64,000 bases of DNA from a virus (IMGVR_UViG_3300037427_000542:1-64000), one strand, 5' to 3'. Counted from the first letter of the stretch, positions 10,169-19,836 are shown. Numbers and translations are program-made. The notes: generated by a model from the letters alone, not told the origin.

Positions 10169-10597
10169 ATGGCATATTCAAAAAAGGTAGTAGATAGATT
10201 TAATGATGTTTTAAATAACCCAAAATCACATGGAGTTGGCAGGTTCGATCCTAAAGACCCAAATGTTGCTACAGGCATGACGGGAGCACCGGCATGTGGA
10301 GATGTTATGAAGTTAGATTTAAAAGTAAATCCAGATACTGATGTTATTGAAGATGTAAAGTTCAAAACATACGGTTGTGGAAGTGCTATTGCTAGTTCTA
10401 CAATGTTTGTGGAAATGTTAAAGGGTATTACAATGACTCAGGCTTTAGAAATTAAAGATAAAGACATTGCAGAAGCTTTAGAATTACCACCTATTAAATT
10501 ACATTGTTCTGTATTAGCAGAAGATAGTATTAAAAGAGCCCTACAAGATTGGGACGAAAAAAAGAAACATAGAAATCATAATAGGGGGCCTGAATGA
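10169..10597 (+). CDS. iscU: Fe-S cluster scaffold protein IscU
   Basis: YSKKVVD, GAPACGDVM, KFKTYGCGSAIASS, LELPPIKLHCSVLAED. Confidence 0.95.
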   Translation: MAYSKKVVDRFNDVLNNPKSHGVGRFDPKDPNVATGMTGAPACGDVMKLDLKVNPDTDVIEDVKFKTYGCGSAIASSTMFVEMLKGITMTQALEIKDKDIAEALELPPIKLHCSVLAEDSIKRALQDWDEKKKHRNHNRGPE

Positions 10598-10914
10598 TAG
10601 AATGGACCGATGAAGCAATGGAACAAGTGATTGAAAGATTAGAAAAGAAAAAATCACCTGGTATTAGATTAGCATTGTTAGGCGGTGGTTGTGCAGGCTT
10701 TAAATATGATTTTAATTATGCTGATGGACCTAATAACGATCAGGATGAGGAACTAGACTTTGGAAAATTCAAAATGTGGATATGTCCTATGTCGGCAGGT
10801 TACTTAGCTGGTACAGTTATTGGATGGCGAGTAGAAGGATTGGTAGAAGAATTTACATTTTGGAATCCAGCAGAATCTAGCGCTTGTGGTTGTGGAGAAA
10901 GCGTAGGATTTTAA
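10594..10914 (+). CDS. iscA: A-type Fe-S carrier (IscA/HesB family)
   Basis: GGGCAGFKY and C-terminal NP....CGCGESV. Confidence 0.9.
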   Translation: MIEWTDEAMEQVIERLEKKKSPGIRLALLGGGCAGFKYDFNYADGPNNDQDEELDFGKFKMWICPMSAGYLAGTVIGWRVEGLVEEFTFWNPAESSACGCGESVGF

Positions 10915-10929
10915 TGATGGAGATAAAAA

Positions 10930-11088
10930 ATGGCAAAAACATGGAGTGGAAAACTCACACATAGTGGTGTAAAGAAAGCAACATCACAGGGCGTCGGAGG
11001 AAGAGGTAGAAAAGTTAAACTTGCTACTTCCACGATGAATAAAAACAGAAAAAGAAGTTATAAAAAGTACAGAGGACAAGGTAGATGA
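10930..11088 (+). CDS. Small very basic protein (52 aa), not in ORF track
   Basis: MAKTWSGKLTHSGVKKATSQGVGGRGRKVKLATSTMNKNRKRSYKKYRGQGR; SD GGAG; ATGA overlap with gp3. Confidence 0.7.
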   Translation: MAKTWSGKLTHSGVKKATSQGVGGRGRKVKLATSTMNKNRKRSYKKYRGQGR

Positions 11089-11669
11089 CAACAACCAATA
11101 TTACGAATGTTTCAGAAGCATCGTGGAGTAATGCTAACCCAAATGAGTTAGACTATTTGCGTCCTAACGCATTTAAATTTCAGATACATAACATTCCTAA
11201 TACAAGTTACTTCTGTAACGCTGCTAACATACCAGAAATGAATTTGCCACCTGCAATTCAACCCAATCCTTTAGTAGATATAGGACACCCAGGCGATAAA
11301 ATAGAATTTGGTACTTTAATGATACGATTCCTCATACAAGAGGACATGAAAAATTATAAAGAACTATATGATTGGATGGTAGGCCTAGGTTTCCCTAAAG
11401 ACAGCAAGCAATTTGCAGAATATACAAAAACACAAAACTATAGGTTCCCAGATATATCACCTGAGAGCTCACAAGGGTTAGGACAGTATAGTGATGCTAC
11501 ACTTACCCTATTAGATTCAAACAACAACGCAAAAGTGGTAATTAGTTTCGTCGATGCTTTCCCTACAAGTTTACAGGGTTTGGATTTTGAGATAGTAACA
11601 GGCAGTACAGATTATATGATGGGTGTTGCTATGTTTAAGTACTCATTATTTGAAATCGAAGTCTTATAA
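11085..11669 (+). CDS. gp3: Tail completion / tube terminator protein
   Basis: YLRPNAFKF, ANIPE, F.IQEDMKNYKELYDWM, SDATL, DAFPTSL; precedes uvsY. Confidence 0.85.
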   Translation: MTTTNITNVSEASWSNANPNELDYLRPNAFKFQIHNIPNTSYFCNAANIPEMNLPPAIQPNPLVDIGHPGDKIEFGTLMIRFLIQEDMKNYKELYDWMVGLGFPKDSKQFAEYTKTQNYRFPDISPESSQGLGQYSDATLTLLDSNNNAKVVISFVDAFPTSLQGLDFEIVTGSTDYMMGVAMFKYSLFEIEVL

Positions 11670-11691
11670 TACCAAAAGGTACAATAACTAG

Positions 11692-11720
11692 TTGACTCTT
11701 ACATAGCAAGAGTCTATAAT
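11692..11720 (+). promoter_or_regulatory. Sigma70-type promoter with spacer dyad (uvsY)
   Basis: TTGACT-CTTACATAGCAAGAGTC-TATAAT, 17-bp spacer. Confidence 0.85.
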
Positions 11721-11729
11721 GTATATATT

Positions 11730-12173
11730 ATGATAACTCTAAAAGAACTACAAGACATGTGGCAAGAAGACTGTAAGGTTGATGAACTTAACCTTGGACA
11801 GGAGTCTACACGCATACCAGAACTACATTCTAAGTATCTTAACCATTTATCTACACTAAGACTACAATGTCGCAGATCCCAAAGTGAATTATTTAAAATG
11901 AGAAGGCTGAAGTGGAAGTATTATCGAGGTGAGTTAGATCAAAAGGAATTGAATGAAAGAGGCTGGGATCAGTACTTAGGTAACGCTCCTCTTAATAATC
12001 AGATGAATGAGTTCTTAGACACAGACGAAGATGTTATTAAATTAACCGATAAATTGGAGTATTTAAACACTTGTTTGACCCTGTGTGAGAGTGTTATGAA
12101 GTCGATTTCTAGTCGTTCTTTTGATATTAAAAACGCAATTGAATGGACTAAGTTTACAAACGGGTCTTACTAG
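11730..12173 (+). CDS. uvsY: Recombination mediator UvsY
   Basis: IPELHSKYL, WKYYRGE, R.FDIKNAIEW.KF; upstream of uvsW. Confidence 0.9.
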   Translation: MITLKELQDMWQEDCKVDELNLGQESTRIPELHSKYLNHLSTLRLQCRRSQSELFKMRRLKWKYYRGELDQKELNERGWDQYLGNAPLNNQMNEFLDTDEDVIKLTDKLEYLNTCLTLCESVMKSISSRSFDIKNAIEWTKFTNGSY

Positions 12174-12210
12174 TGAAAAATATTTGGCCGGTATCTAGGA
12201 GCAAAAAAAG

Positions 12211-13677
12211 TTGATCAAGGTTTCTAAAAAAGACGAAGTACATATTAGTGTAGATACAGATCCAAGTACTGCACAAGAGATATGTGACTTCTTTACTTTT
12301 GAAATACCTGGTGCCAAGTTTATGCCTCTATACAAGAAGAAAGTATGGGACGGCAAAGCAAGATTGTTTAATATATACAACCGAGAATTATACATAGGTC
12401 TTTTGCCTTACTTGAAAGAGTTTGCAGAAACCTTAGAGTATAATATAGAAGTAAACATGCCTGACATAGGCGAAACCATAGACATAGATAGATTTACTAA
12501 TGAATTGAGGTTACAATCCAATGGAAAACAAATCGAAATTAGAGATTATCAGAAAGAAGCGGTTACAAAGGCAATTAATGTTGGGAGAACTCTCCTCTTA
12601 TCTCCAACTGCTTCTGGGAAGTCTCTTATTATTTATAGCCTTATCCGTTATCACCAACTGAAAGGTAGAAAGCAACTAGTAATTGTGCCTACTACATCTT
12701 TGGTAGAACAAATGTATGGAGACTTTCAGGACTATGCTACGGCAGACACTTGGCAAGTAACAGAAAATTGTCATAGGATATATGGTGGTAAAGAAAAAAC
12801 AAATGAATATCCTATAACAATAAGTACATGGCAATCTATATACAAGTATCCTAAAAAATGGTTTGAACAATTTGAAGTAGTATATGGAGATGAGGCACAC
12901 TTGTTTAAAGCAAAATCATTAACAACATTAATGAACAAGCTTACAAACACACCTTTTAGAATAGGAACAACAGGTACATTAGATGGAACTAAGACACATA
13001 GGCTTGTACTAGAAGGTGTGTTTGGACAAGTACACAAGGTTACAACTACTAAAAAATTAATGGACGATAAGCAACTAGCCACATTAAAAATTTTATGTTG
13101 TATGATTAACTGGAAGGACGCACATAGAAAAGAAGTAAAGGGTATGACTTACCAAGAAGAAATAGATTGGATAGTAACACACCCAGATCGTAATGAAATT
13201 ATAAGAAAATTAACTGTTGCACAAGACGGTAACACACTTGTTCTATTTCAATTTGTAGAAAAGCATGGTACAGTATTACATGAAATGATAAGCAAAACAG
13301 TTAAAGAAAACAGAAAAGTATTCTTTGTATATGGTGGCACAGATACAGAGGTAAGAGAAGAAATAAGAGCTATTACAGAAACACAAAACGATGCTATCAT
13401 CATTGCCTCATACGGCACATTTTCAACGGGTATAAATATAAGGAACCTTCATAATATTGTGTTTGCCTCGCCTAGTAAGAGTAGAATAAGAAACTTACAG
13501 AGTATAGGACGAGGACTTCGTAAAGGAGAGAACAAAGTATCATGTAATCTTTTTGATATTGGTGATGATTTAGCGTGGAAGTCTAAAAAGAATTACACAC
13601 TTAACCACTTAATAGAGAGGATCAAGATTTATAACGAAGAAGGTTTCGATTATAAACTTGTTAAATTAGATGTCTGA
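12211..13677 (+). CDS. uvsW: SF2 DNA helicase UvsW
   Basis: RDYQ, SPTASGKS, GDEAHLFKA, GTTGTL, ASYGTFSTGINI, LQSIGRGLR; TTG start with GGAG SD. Confidence 0.96.
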   Translation: MIKVSKKDEVHISVDTDPSTAQEICDFFTFEIPGAKFMPLYKKKVWDGKARLFNIYNRELYIGLLPYLKEFAETLEYNIEVNMPDIGETIDIDRFTNELRLQSNGKQIEIRDYQKEAVTKAINVGRTLLLSPTASGKSLIIYSLIRYHQLKGRKQLVIVPTTSLVEQMYGDFQDYATADTWQVTENCHRIYGGKEKTNEYPITISTWQSIYKYPKKWFEQFEVVYGDEAHLFKAKSLTTLMNKLTNTPFRIGTTGTLDGTKTHRLVLEGVFGQVHKVTTTKKLMDDKQLATLKILCCMINWKDAHRKEVKGMTYQEEIDWIVTHPDRNEIIRKLTVAQDGNTLVLFQFVEKHGTVLHEMISKTVKENRKVFFVYGGTDTEVREEIRAITETQNDAIIIASYGTFSTGINIRNLHNIVFASPSKSRIRNLQSIGRGLRKGENKVSCNLFDIGDDLAWKSKKNYTLNHLIERIKIYNEEGFDYKLVKLDV

Positions 13678-14053
13678 TATAAGCATATTAAAATTAATGG
13701 ACGGCACTACAATCGTAGGCAGACTAACACAAGACGGAGATCTTGTAGAAATAGAACATCCAATAGAATTGGTGTCTAATATAACACCTGTTGGAAATAT
13801 ATTAGGTGAGCAAGTAAGTTTAAGACCTTATGTTGCTATAGCACAAGAACATATTTTTACTATAGAAAGATATAATGTTATTAATATATCTACTCTACAG
13901 GAAAATTTTGTTGACGGCTATGAAAGAATGGTAGAAAATATTTATTTCAGAGAACAACAATGGGACGGTGACTTAATGTCAGAGGAACCAGACTTAGATA
14001 TAGATACAATGACAGAACTTGCAGATGCAATTATAAAGAAACAAATACATTAG
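13670..14053 (+). CDS. Conserved hypothetical protein (Sm-like fold, uvsW-gp55 interval)
   Basis: ILKLMDGTTIVG N-terminus; typical position. Confidence 0.6.
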   Translation: MSDISILKLMDGTTIVGRLTQDGDLVEIEHPIELVSNITPVGNILGEQVSLRPYVAIAQEHIFTIERYNVINISTLQENFVDGYERMVENIYFREQQWDGDLMSEEPDLDIDTMTELADAIIKKQIH

Positions 14054-14062
14054 GAGTATATT

Positions 14063-14668
14063 ATGGCAAAAAGACGTGACCCTAACTCGGCACACTATAT
14101 AGACAACAAGGAGTTCCTTGTAAAGATTAGTGCTTACCGAGAGGAAAGAATTGAAGCAGAAGAGAGTGGAGATGAAAGACCACAAGTAACAAATTATATA
14201 GGCGAGTGCTTTGTTAAAATAGCAAATCATTTAGCATATAAATCTAACTTTGTAAACTATACATTTAGAGATGAAATGATTTTAGATGGTATTGAAAACT
14301 GTCTTACATATATGGATAACTTTGATCCAGCAAAATCTAAAAATCCTTTTGCATACTTTACACAAATCACATACTACGCTTTCATTAGGCGTATCCAAAA
14401 AGAAAAAAGACAAATGGAAACTAAGTTCAAATATATTAAGAGCTTAGATATAGATCAAATCTTAGAACAAAGCGCAGACGGAAGTGAACACTCTAATGAT
14501 TACCTAAGTTATATGAGAGGCATGATTGAGCAAGCAGAGGCAGATAATGCTAAAGCTGACGCAGCTAACGCAGGTAAAAAGATGCCTAAGCGTAGACCTA
14601 AATACTTAGATGAAAAAATTAAGGCAGAGGAAGCAGCAGCTAAGGCAGAGGAAGATGCGAAAAGCTAG
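14063..14668 (+). CDS. gp55: Late transcription sigma factor
   Basis: HYIDNKEF, YIGECF.KIA, NFVNYTFRDEMI.DGIENC, NPFAYFTQI.YYAFIRRIQKEK. Confidence 0.96.
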   Translation: MAKRRDPNSAHYIDNKEFLVKISAYREERIEAEESGDERPQVTNYIGECFVKIANHLAYKSNFVNYTFRDEMILDGIENCLTYMDNFDPAKSKNPFAYFTQITYYAFIRRIQKEKRQMETKFKYIKSLDIDQILEQSADGSEHSNDYLSYMRGMIEQAEADNAKADAANAGKKMPKRRPKYLDEKIKAEEAAAKAEEDAKS

Positions 14669-15224
14669 TAAAGATATAAAAGGATTTTATGAGTGGGACT
14701 TTACAGACATTGTTGCTGAACTTCCTGACAAAGGTAAACTTATAGAAATAGGTTCTTATGTAGGCAAGTCTGCGGTATCTTGGGCTGAAGCATTTGAAAA
14801 GGCAGGTAAGGATTATACTATACATTGTGTTGAAGTATTTGTAGGTATAGGTAATACAGGTAGAGCTTCAGTAATGAATGAAGAATTAAAAACATTTCTG
14901 GATAGTTTAATGTGTACTGCTGAAGAACAAGAACAACAGTTTATAGAGAATACAAAGGGCTGGAATATAACATACGAAAAGAAACACTTTACAGAAGATT
15001 TTGAATTGGCAGAGGAGTATACAGTACTATGGTATGATGCTAATCATTCAGAACAATCTGTAACAACAGCAATTAATTATTGGCAGGACAAAGTACAAAC
15101 AATGGTTATTGATTGTTATGATACGGTTCATCCAGAGACTATGACAGCAATAGATACATCTGGTTTAAACTTTAAACTATTTGAATTTAACAAGGGAACA
15201 AAGGGGATAGCATTATTTGGTTGA
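14655..15224 (+). CDS. Class I SAM-dependent methyltransferase (Methyltransf_24-like)
   Basis: LIEIGSYVGKSA motif I and WYDANHS motif. Confidence 0.7.
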   Translation: MRKASKDIKGFYEWDFTDIVAELPDKGKLIEIGSYVGKSAVSWAEAFEKAGKDYTIHCVEVFVGIGNTGRASVMNEELKTFLDSLMCTAEEQEQQFIENTKGWNITYEKKHFTEDFELAEEYTVLWYDANHSEQSVTTAINYWQDKVQTMVIDCYDTVHPETMTAIDTSGLNFKLFEFNKGTKGIALFG

Positions 15225-15253
15225 AAAGGTCAACCAAAAGCGCTAAGAGTAGG

Positions 15254-15282
15254 TTGATTCTTACTTCACCCTTATATATAAT
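15254..15282 (+). promoter_or_regulatory. Sigma70-type promoter of the deazaguanine operon
   Basis: TTGATT-17bp-TATAAT; queE ATG only 8 nt after the -10 box. Confidence 0.7.
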
Positions 15283-15290
15283 ATCATATT

Positions 15291-16169
15291 ATGAAACTGA
15301 GATACAGCGAAGCATTTTATAGCATACAAGGCGAAGGTAGATTTGTAGGAGTACCTAGTGTATTCTTAAGAGTCTTTGGCTGTAACTTTGAATGCGCTGG
15401 TTTCGGACAAGAGCGTGGCAAGTATATTGCTACAGACCAAATGCCTTATATGACAGATCCTAAAGGCGATAAAAATCACCCAGAAGCTTATAAAGATATT
15501 TCAGAACTGCCTGTCACGCCTGTAGGTTGTGATAGTTCTGCTTCTTGGGCTATGAAATATAAACATTTACAAATGACTAAGACTGTTGATGAGGTATATG
15601 AACACATTATAAGTCTTTTACCTAATGGAAGATTTGATGAGAAGAATGATATACATTTGGTTATTACAGGTGGAGAACCTTTACTCGGTTGGCAAAGAGT
15701 ATGGCCTGAATTAATTAAAATGTGTATGGAAGTAGGTTTGACTAATGTAACATTTGAAACTAATGGAACACAATTAATTAAACCTGAACTAGCAAACTTC
15801 TTTAATGAAAATTATAAGGGTATACATGTAACTTGGAGTACATCTCCTAAGTTAAGTCTTAGTGGTGAGAAGAATGAAGATGCTTTAATACCTGACGCAC
15901 TTGTTACAATGAACCAGGTTGTTAATTCTCACTTGTATAATAAATTTGTCGTTAGAGACATAACAGACTTCGAAGAAGTTGATAAGTTTTATCTAACTTA
16001 TCAGAAAAGTGGCGTACAAATAGATGCTGTTTACTGTATGCCAGAAGGCGCTACACTAGAACAACAAACACTAACTGCTAAAGGCGTAGCAGAGGCTTGT
16101 ATGAAAACAGGATACAAGTTTAGCCCTCGATTACATATCGATTTATTTGGCAACGCTTGGGGTACATGA
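15291..16169 (+). CDS. queE: 7-carboxy-7-deazaguanine synthase (radical SAM)
   Basis: SEAFYSIQGEGRFVGVPSVFLRVFGCNFEC...CDS, VITGGEP, FETNGT, SPK, SPRLHIDLFGN. Confidence 0.93.
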   Translation: MKLRYSEAFYSIQGEGRFVGVPSVFLRVFGCNFECAGFGQERGKYIATDQMPYMTDPKGDKNHPEAYKDISELPVTPVGCDSSASWAMKYKHLQMTKTVDEVYEHIISLLPNGRFDEKNDIHLVITGGEPLLGWQRVWPELIKMCMEVGLTNVTFETNGTQLIKPELANFFNENYKGIHVTWSTSPKLSLSGEKNEDALIPDALVTMNQVVNSHLYNKFVVRDITDFEEVDKFYLTYQKSGVQIDAVYCMPEGATLEQQTLTAKGVAEACMKTGYKFSPRLHIDLFGNAWGT

Positions 16170-16378
16170 TGAAATGGAAACAAATTAAAGAAACATTATG
16201 GGGACAAAATCCTCAGCAAGAAATTGATACTTGGAAAGATCCAGATCCAGATGATGTAACAATAGATAATGCTTACAAAACAAGATGGATTTGGTACCAT
16301 ACAATCCTAGCAGTAGAATTATTTCTAGTAGTTATTATTCAACTGTTAATACTATTTTTATTGGCGGTAAAACTATGA
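16166..16378 (+). CDS. Small membrane protein
   Basis: C-terminal hydrophobic helix ILAVELFLVVIIQLLILFLLAV; ATGA overlaps at both ends. Confidence 0.65.
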   Translation: MMKWKQIKETLWGQNPQQEIDTWKDPDPDDVTIDNAYKTRWIWYHTILAVELFLVVIIQLLILFLLAVKL

Positions 16379-16800
16379 CAGGTGACGCAACAAAACTTTA
16401 TATATCGTGGGAAGATGTTAATGAATTAGTCTTTAAATTATTTAAAGAGTTAGGAAAACAAGATATAGACAAAGTGGTAGGCATATCAAGAGGTGGATTA
16501 ATACCTGGTGTTATGCTTTCACATTGGCTAGGCGCTGGCTTTGAACCACTTGAATGGCAAACTAGAGATGGTGAGTTTCAAGATAAGATTAAAGCTAACG
16601 GATTCAACAAAAATTTAAAGGGCACTATTTTTGTTGATGATATATGTGATAGTGCCTTAACAATAAAACAGATCAAGGAAATTATTCCAAACAGCAGGTG
16701 GGCTGTATTACACCAAAAAGCAGACATAGAGCTTGACTTTGTAGGCGAAAGACTGCATAATAACGACAAAAGATGGATAGTTTACCCTTGGGAAACATAA
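16375..16800 (+). CDS. Purine phosphoribosyltransferase (Gpt-like)
   Basis: VGISRGGLIPG, PRPP-binding IFVDDICDS, C-terminal WIVYPWE. Confidence 0.88.
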   Translation: MTGDATKLYISWEDVNELVFKLFKELGKQDIDKVVGISRGGLIPGVMLSHWLGAGFEPLEWQTRDGEFQDKIKANGFNKNLKGTIFVDDICDSALTIKQIKEIIPNSRWAVLHQKADIELDFVGERLHNNDKRWIVYPWET

Positions 16801-16818
16801 TCTCATACAGGAGACAAA

Positions 16819-17499
16819 ATGATTAGTGAAGAGATAAAAGCTAGGTTACTAGAAACAGGACAAAGATTCCATGCGTCTGATAATATATCAGATGTTCTAG
16901 AGCCAGGCGATAAAGATAAATTGATTGATGAATTGGCTGGCAAGTTCCATGATGTTCTAAAGTCATTAGTAATAGATGTAGAAGGCGACCCTAACAGTAT
17001 AGACACTGGTAGGCGTATGGCAAAAATGTATATAAACGAAATTATGTCAGGTAGATATAATAAAATGCCAGACCCTAACAGTTTTCCTAACTATGTAGAA
17101 GATGGTTATGAAGGTATGTTGGTTGTGAGAAGTGAATTGAAAAGTGTATGTTCTCATCATCACCAAGCAGTTCGAGGCACAGCATACATAGGACTTATTG
17201 CAGGAGATAAACTATTAGGTCTAAGTAAGTACACAAGGATTGCACAATGGTGTGCTATGCGTGGTACATTACAAGAAGAACTTAATGTTATGATCGCTAA
17301 TAAGATACAAGAACATACAGGCGCTGAACATGTAGGTGTTTATGTACAAGCAACGCATGGTTGTTGTGAGAACAGAGGCATTAAGGCACATAGTTCCTTA
17401 ACACAGACAACTGTATTAAGAGGCGGATTTAAAAATTCAGACTTGAAGAAAGAATTTTTCGATAACATTAAATTACAACAAGAGTTTGCACCAAGATAA
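16819..17499 (+). CDS. folE: GTP cyclohydrolase I
   Basis: R.AKMY, SVCSHHH, GLSKYTRI, LQEEL, HGCCENRG. Confidence 0.94.
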   Translation: MISEEIKARLLETGQRFHASDNISDVLEPGDKDKLIDELAGKFHDVLKSLVIDVEGDPNSIDTGRRMAKMYINEIMSGRYNKMPDPNSFPNYVEDGYEGMLVVRSELKSVCSHHHQAVRGTAYIGLIAGDKLLGLSKYTRIAQWCAMRGTLQEELNVMIANKIQEHTGAEHVGVYVQATHGCCENRGIKAHSSLTQTTVLRGGFKNSDLKKEFFDNIKLQQEFAPR

Positions 17500-18008
17500 T
17501 GAATATTAATGGTAAACATGTAGTCGTTGATTTAGAAACACTTAGTACACATGCAGATGCATGTATTGTTTCTATTGGTGCAGTGCTTATTGACAACTTA
17601 GAAATCTCAGATACATTTTATATTAATGTTGATGGTAGAACTTGTAAAGAAGCAGGACTACATATAGAACCTGATACAATAAAATGGTGGGGCGAACAAA
17701 GTAAAGAGGCACAAGAAGCTTGGCAAAAGAATCCTGTTCCATTACAAGAAGCAATTGATAAATTTACATTATGGTATGGCAAAGAGTCTATTCCTATTTG
17801 GGGGTACGGTGCTAACTTTGATGTAGTAATATTAGAGAGTGCTTATAGAGCCTTGAACATGCCTTTCCCTTGGAAGTTCTGGGACATCTCTTGTTTAAGA
17901 ACAATAATGAATGTCTTAGATAAAAGATTACCTAAGGCAAACAATCACAATGCGTTAGATGATGCTACGGCAGAGGCGAAAGTATTAATTGAGATATTAA
18001 AATCATGA
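17499..18008 (+). CDS. DEDDh 3'-5' exonuclease (DexA/Rv2179c-like)
   Basis: VVDLETL, WGYGANFDVVIL, HNALDDA. Confidence 0.85.
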   Translation: MNINGKHVVVDLETLSTHADACIVSIGAVLIDNLEISDTFYINVDGRTCKEAGLHIEPDTIKWWGEQSKEAQEAWQKNPVPLQEAIDKFTLWYGKESIPIWGYGANFDVVILESAYRALNMPFPWKFWDISCLRTIMNVLDKRLPKANNHNALDDATAEAKVLIEILKS

Positions 18009-19273
18009 GTAGAAAATTAGATTATGTAGTTTCAGGCACAAGTTATATGAGGTTTAGTAACCCAGGTATAGCTAAAGACGAAACGAATTCAAGCATTATT
18101 AATGTGCTTATAGACAAGCTGGTAACAGATGTTCACAGTCATAAATTTAGTATGTTATATAACGGACATACAGAGTCCAGCTTTGGAGATAGATTTACAG
18201 CATATAAGGATCATGTACATGAGATACATGCAGACTCAGGTGGACTACAAATTGTTACTCAAGGTATGACTATTACAGATGAATTAAAAGATAAAGTATA
18301 TGAGAACCAGGCAAAGTGGGCTGATGTAGGTATGTGCTTTGATGAGATACCTGTAGTCCTTACAGGAGATAGATCAGATAGAAACGATACAAAAGCTAGG
18401 TTCTTTGACTTTGAAAATTATGAAGAACTAGCTCGTAAGACAGGTAGAAATGTTAAACGACAATTAGAAATATTTGAAAAGAATGATAGTAAGTGTAAAC
18501 CTTATATTATCCTACAAGGTAATTGTGTTGATACATATCTTAGATGGTATGAACTTCTAATGGAGGAAGTACCTGCAGAATGGCATGATAGAATTGGTGG
18601 TGTAGCAATGGGAGCAGCAGCTCTAGGCACAGGTCCACTTGAAGATGTTAAACGAGCCTTTATTGCTAGTGAGATTGCTAAGGTATGGCCACAAGAAACT
18701 ATGCACCTACATGTATTAGGAGTAGGTAGTATTAGGCGTATGATTCCTTATCTAGTCTTTTGTCAGAACGGTTTGTATGACAATGTAGAAATATCTTATG
18801 ACTCTACTACACATAGCAGGGCGGTTGAGACAGGTTTATACTACATGGGACAAGGCACAACTAAGTTCAGTAGAAAAATGTCTAATTTGTATCGAGAAAT
18901 GTACGATAATGTGCAGGAAACGATCCAATTAGGCGTAGAATTAGACGAATTTCACACCATTATGAACACACCTAGCATGAAGGCAAAAGAGAAATATGGC
19001 AATTTAAACAAATGGATCTATGTTAGAACAGCATTTATCCTTATGTCCATTAGAAACTTTATGGGGCATCTAGAACAGATGATGAATGACAAAGAAACCT
19101 TATTGAAGTTTACGGGTAAGATGAAACTTGACGGACAGTTCAGGAACCTCTATAATGTAACTAATCGTGAGCAGTTTGATGCTTGGGAAAATAACCAGTA
19201 CTTAGGTGGTAGTATGAAATCAATGGCAGTAGGCACAGAAGCACCTAGTAGTTTAGAGGACTTATTTGAATGA
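18005..19273 (+). CDS. dpdA: TGT-fold 7-deazaguanine transglycosylase, DpdA-like
   Basis: HADSGGLQ, FDEIP, ILQG, GGVAMG, HLHVLGVG, SYDST match the order of TGT catalytic motifs; lies among folE/queD/queE. Confidence 0.78.
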   Translation: MSRKLDYVVSGTSYMRFSNPGIAKDETNSSIINVLIDKLVTDVHSHKFSMLYNGHTESSFGDRFTAYKDHVHEIHADSGGLQIVTQGMTITDELKDKVYENQAKWADVGMCFDEIPVVLTGDRSDRNDTKARFFDFENYEELARKTGRNVKRQLEIFEKNDSKCKPYIILQGNCVDTYLRWYELLMEEVPAEWHDRIGGVAMGAAALGTGPLEDVKRAFIASEIAKVWPQETMHLHVLGVGSIRRMIPYLVFCQNGLYDNVEISYDSTTHSRAVETGLYYMGQGTTKFSRKMSNLYREMYDNVQETIQLGVELDEFHTIMNTPSMKAKEKYGNLNKWIYVRTAFILMSIRNFMGHLEQMMNDKETLLKFTGKMKLDGQFRNLYNVTNREQFDAWENNQYLGGSMKSMAVGTEAPSSLEDLFE

Positions 19274-19836
19274 ATATATTTTTACTTAATGAAAATCCAT
19301 TGTTGTGTGCAGAACAACATTGTGATAAACATGTTGTTAAAATGGTAATTGAATATGCACAGCTTATGTCTACAGCACATAGGTACTTAGACGGAGAATT
19401 ATATGGAGAGCTTACAGACAAAGGTAGAAAAATTAAAAGGTGGCGACATCCAAACTCTAACATGGAGTCTACTTTATACAAGGCCAGTCATGTCAACCAT
19501 CCAGATGGTTTGTGGGTTAGAAATAGTAATGCCAATTACGATTATCTATATGATCTATGGTTTAAATTATGTAAAGAATATACTCACAGGTATGGTAGGT
19601 TACACTTAACACAAGAAAAATTAGAACACTTACTTAGGTATGCACCTAAGAATATTCCACATGCTGATACAGCAGATGTAAAAGGCTTGCCACTAGCAAT
19701 GCCTGATGATGTAAAAGGTGAGAGTGTAGTCAACTCTTATCGTAGGTATTACAACAAATATAAAATTGACTTTGCTAAATATACAAACAGAGAGGAACCA
19801 ACATGGCTAACAAGGCATACCGTAAACGCTATATAA
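19270..19836 (+). CDS. Pyrimidine-dimer DNA glycosylase-like protein (DenV-related family)
   Basis: MNIF.L...P..CA..HCDKHVVKM..E.AQL.STAH, YK.SH.NHP, EYTHRYG..H. Confidence 0.72.
   Translation: MNIFLLNENPLLCAEQHCDKHVVKMVIEYAQLMSTAHRYLDGELYGELTDKGRKIKRWRHPNSNMESTLYKASHVNHPDGLWVRNSNANYDYLYDLWFKLCKEYTHRYGRLHLTQEKLEHLLRYAPKNIPHADTADVKGLPLAMPDDVKGESVVNSYRRYYNKYKIDFAKYTNREEPTWLTRHTVNAI

Noticed and set aside
13431-13438. TATAAATA inside uvsW (also 40538 and 43741 near gene ends)
   Set aside because: May be real internal late promoters but are constrained by coding sequence; not separately supportable
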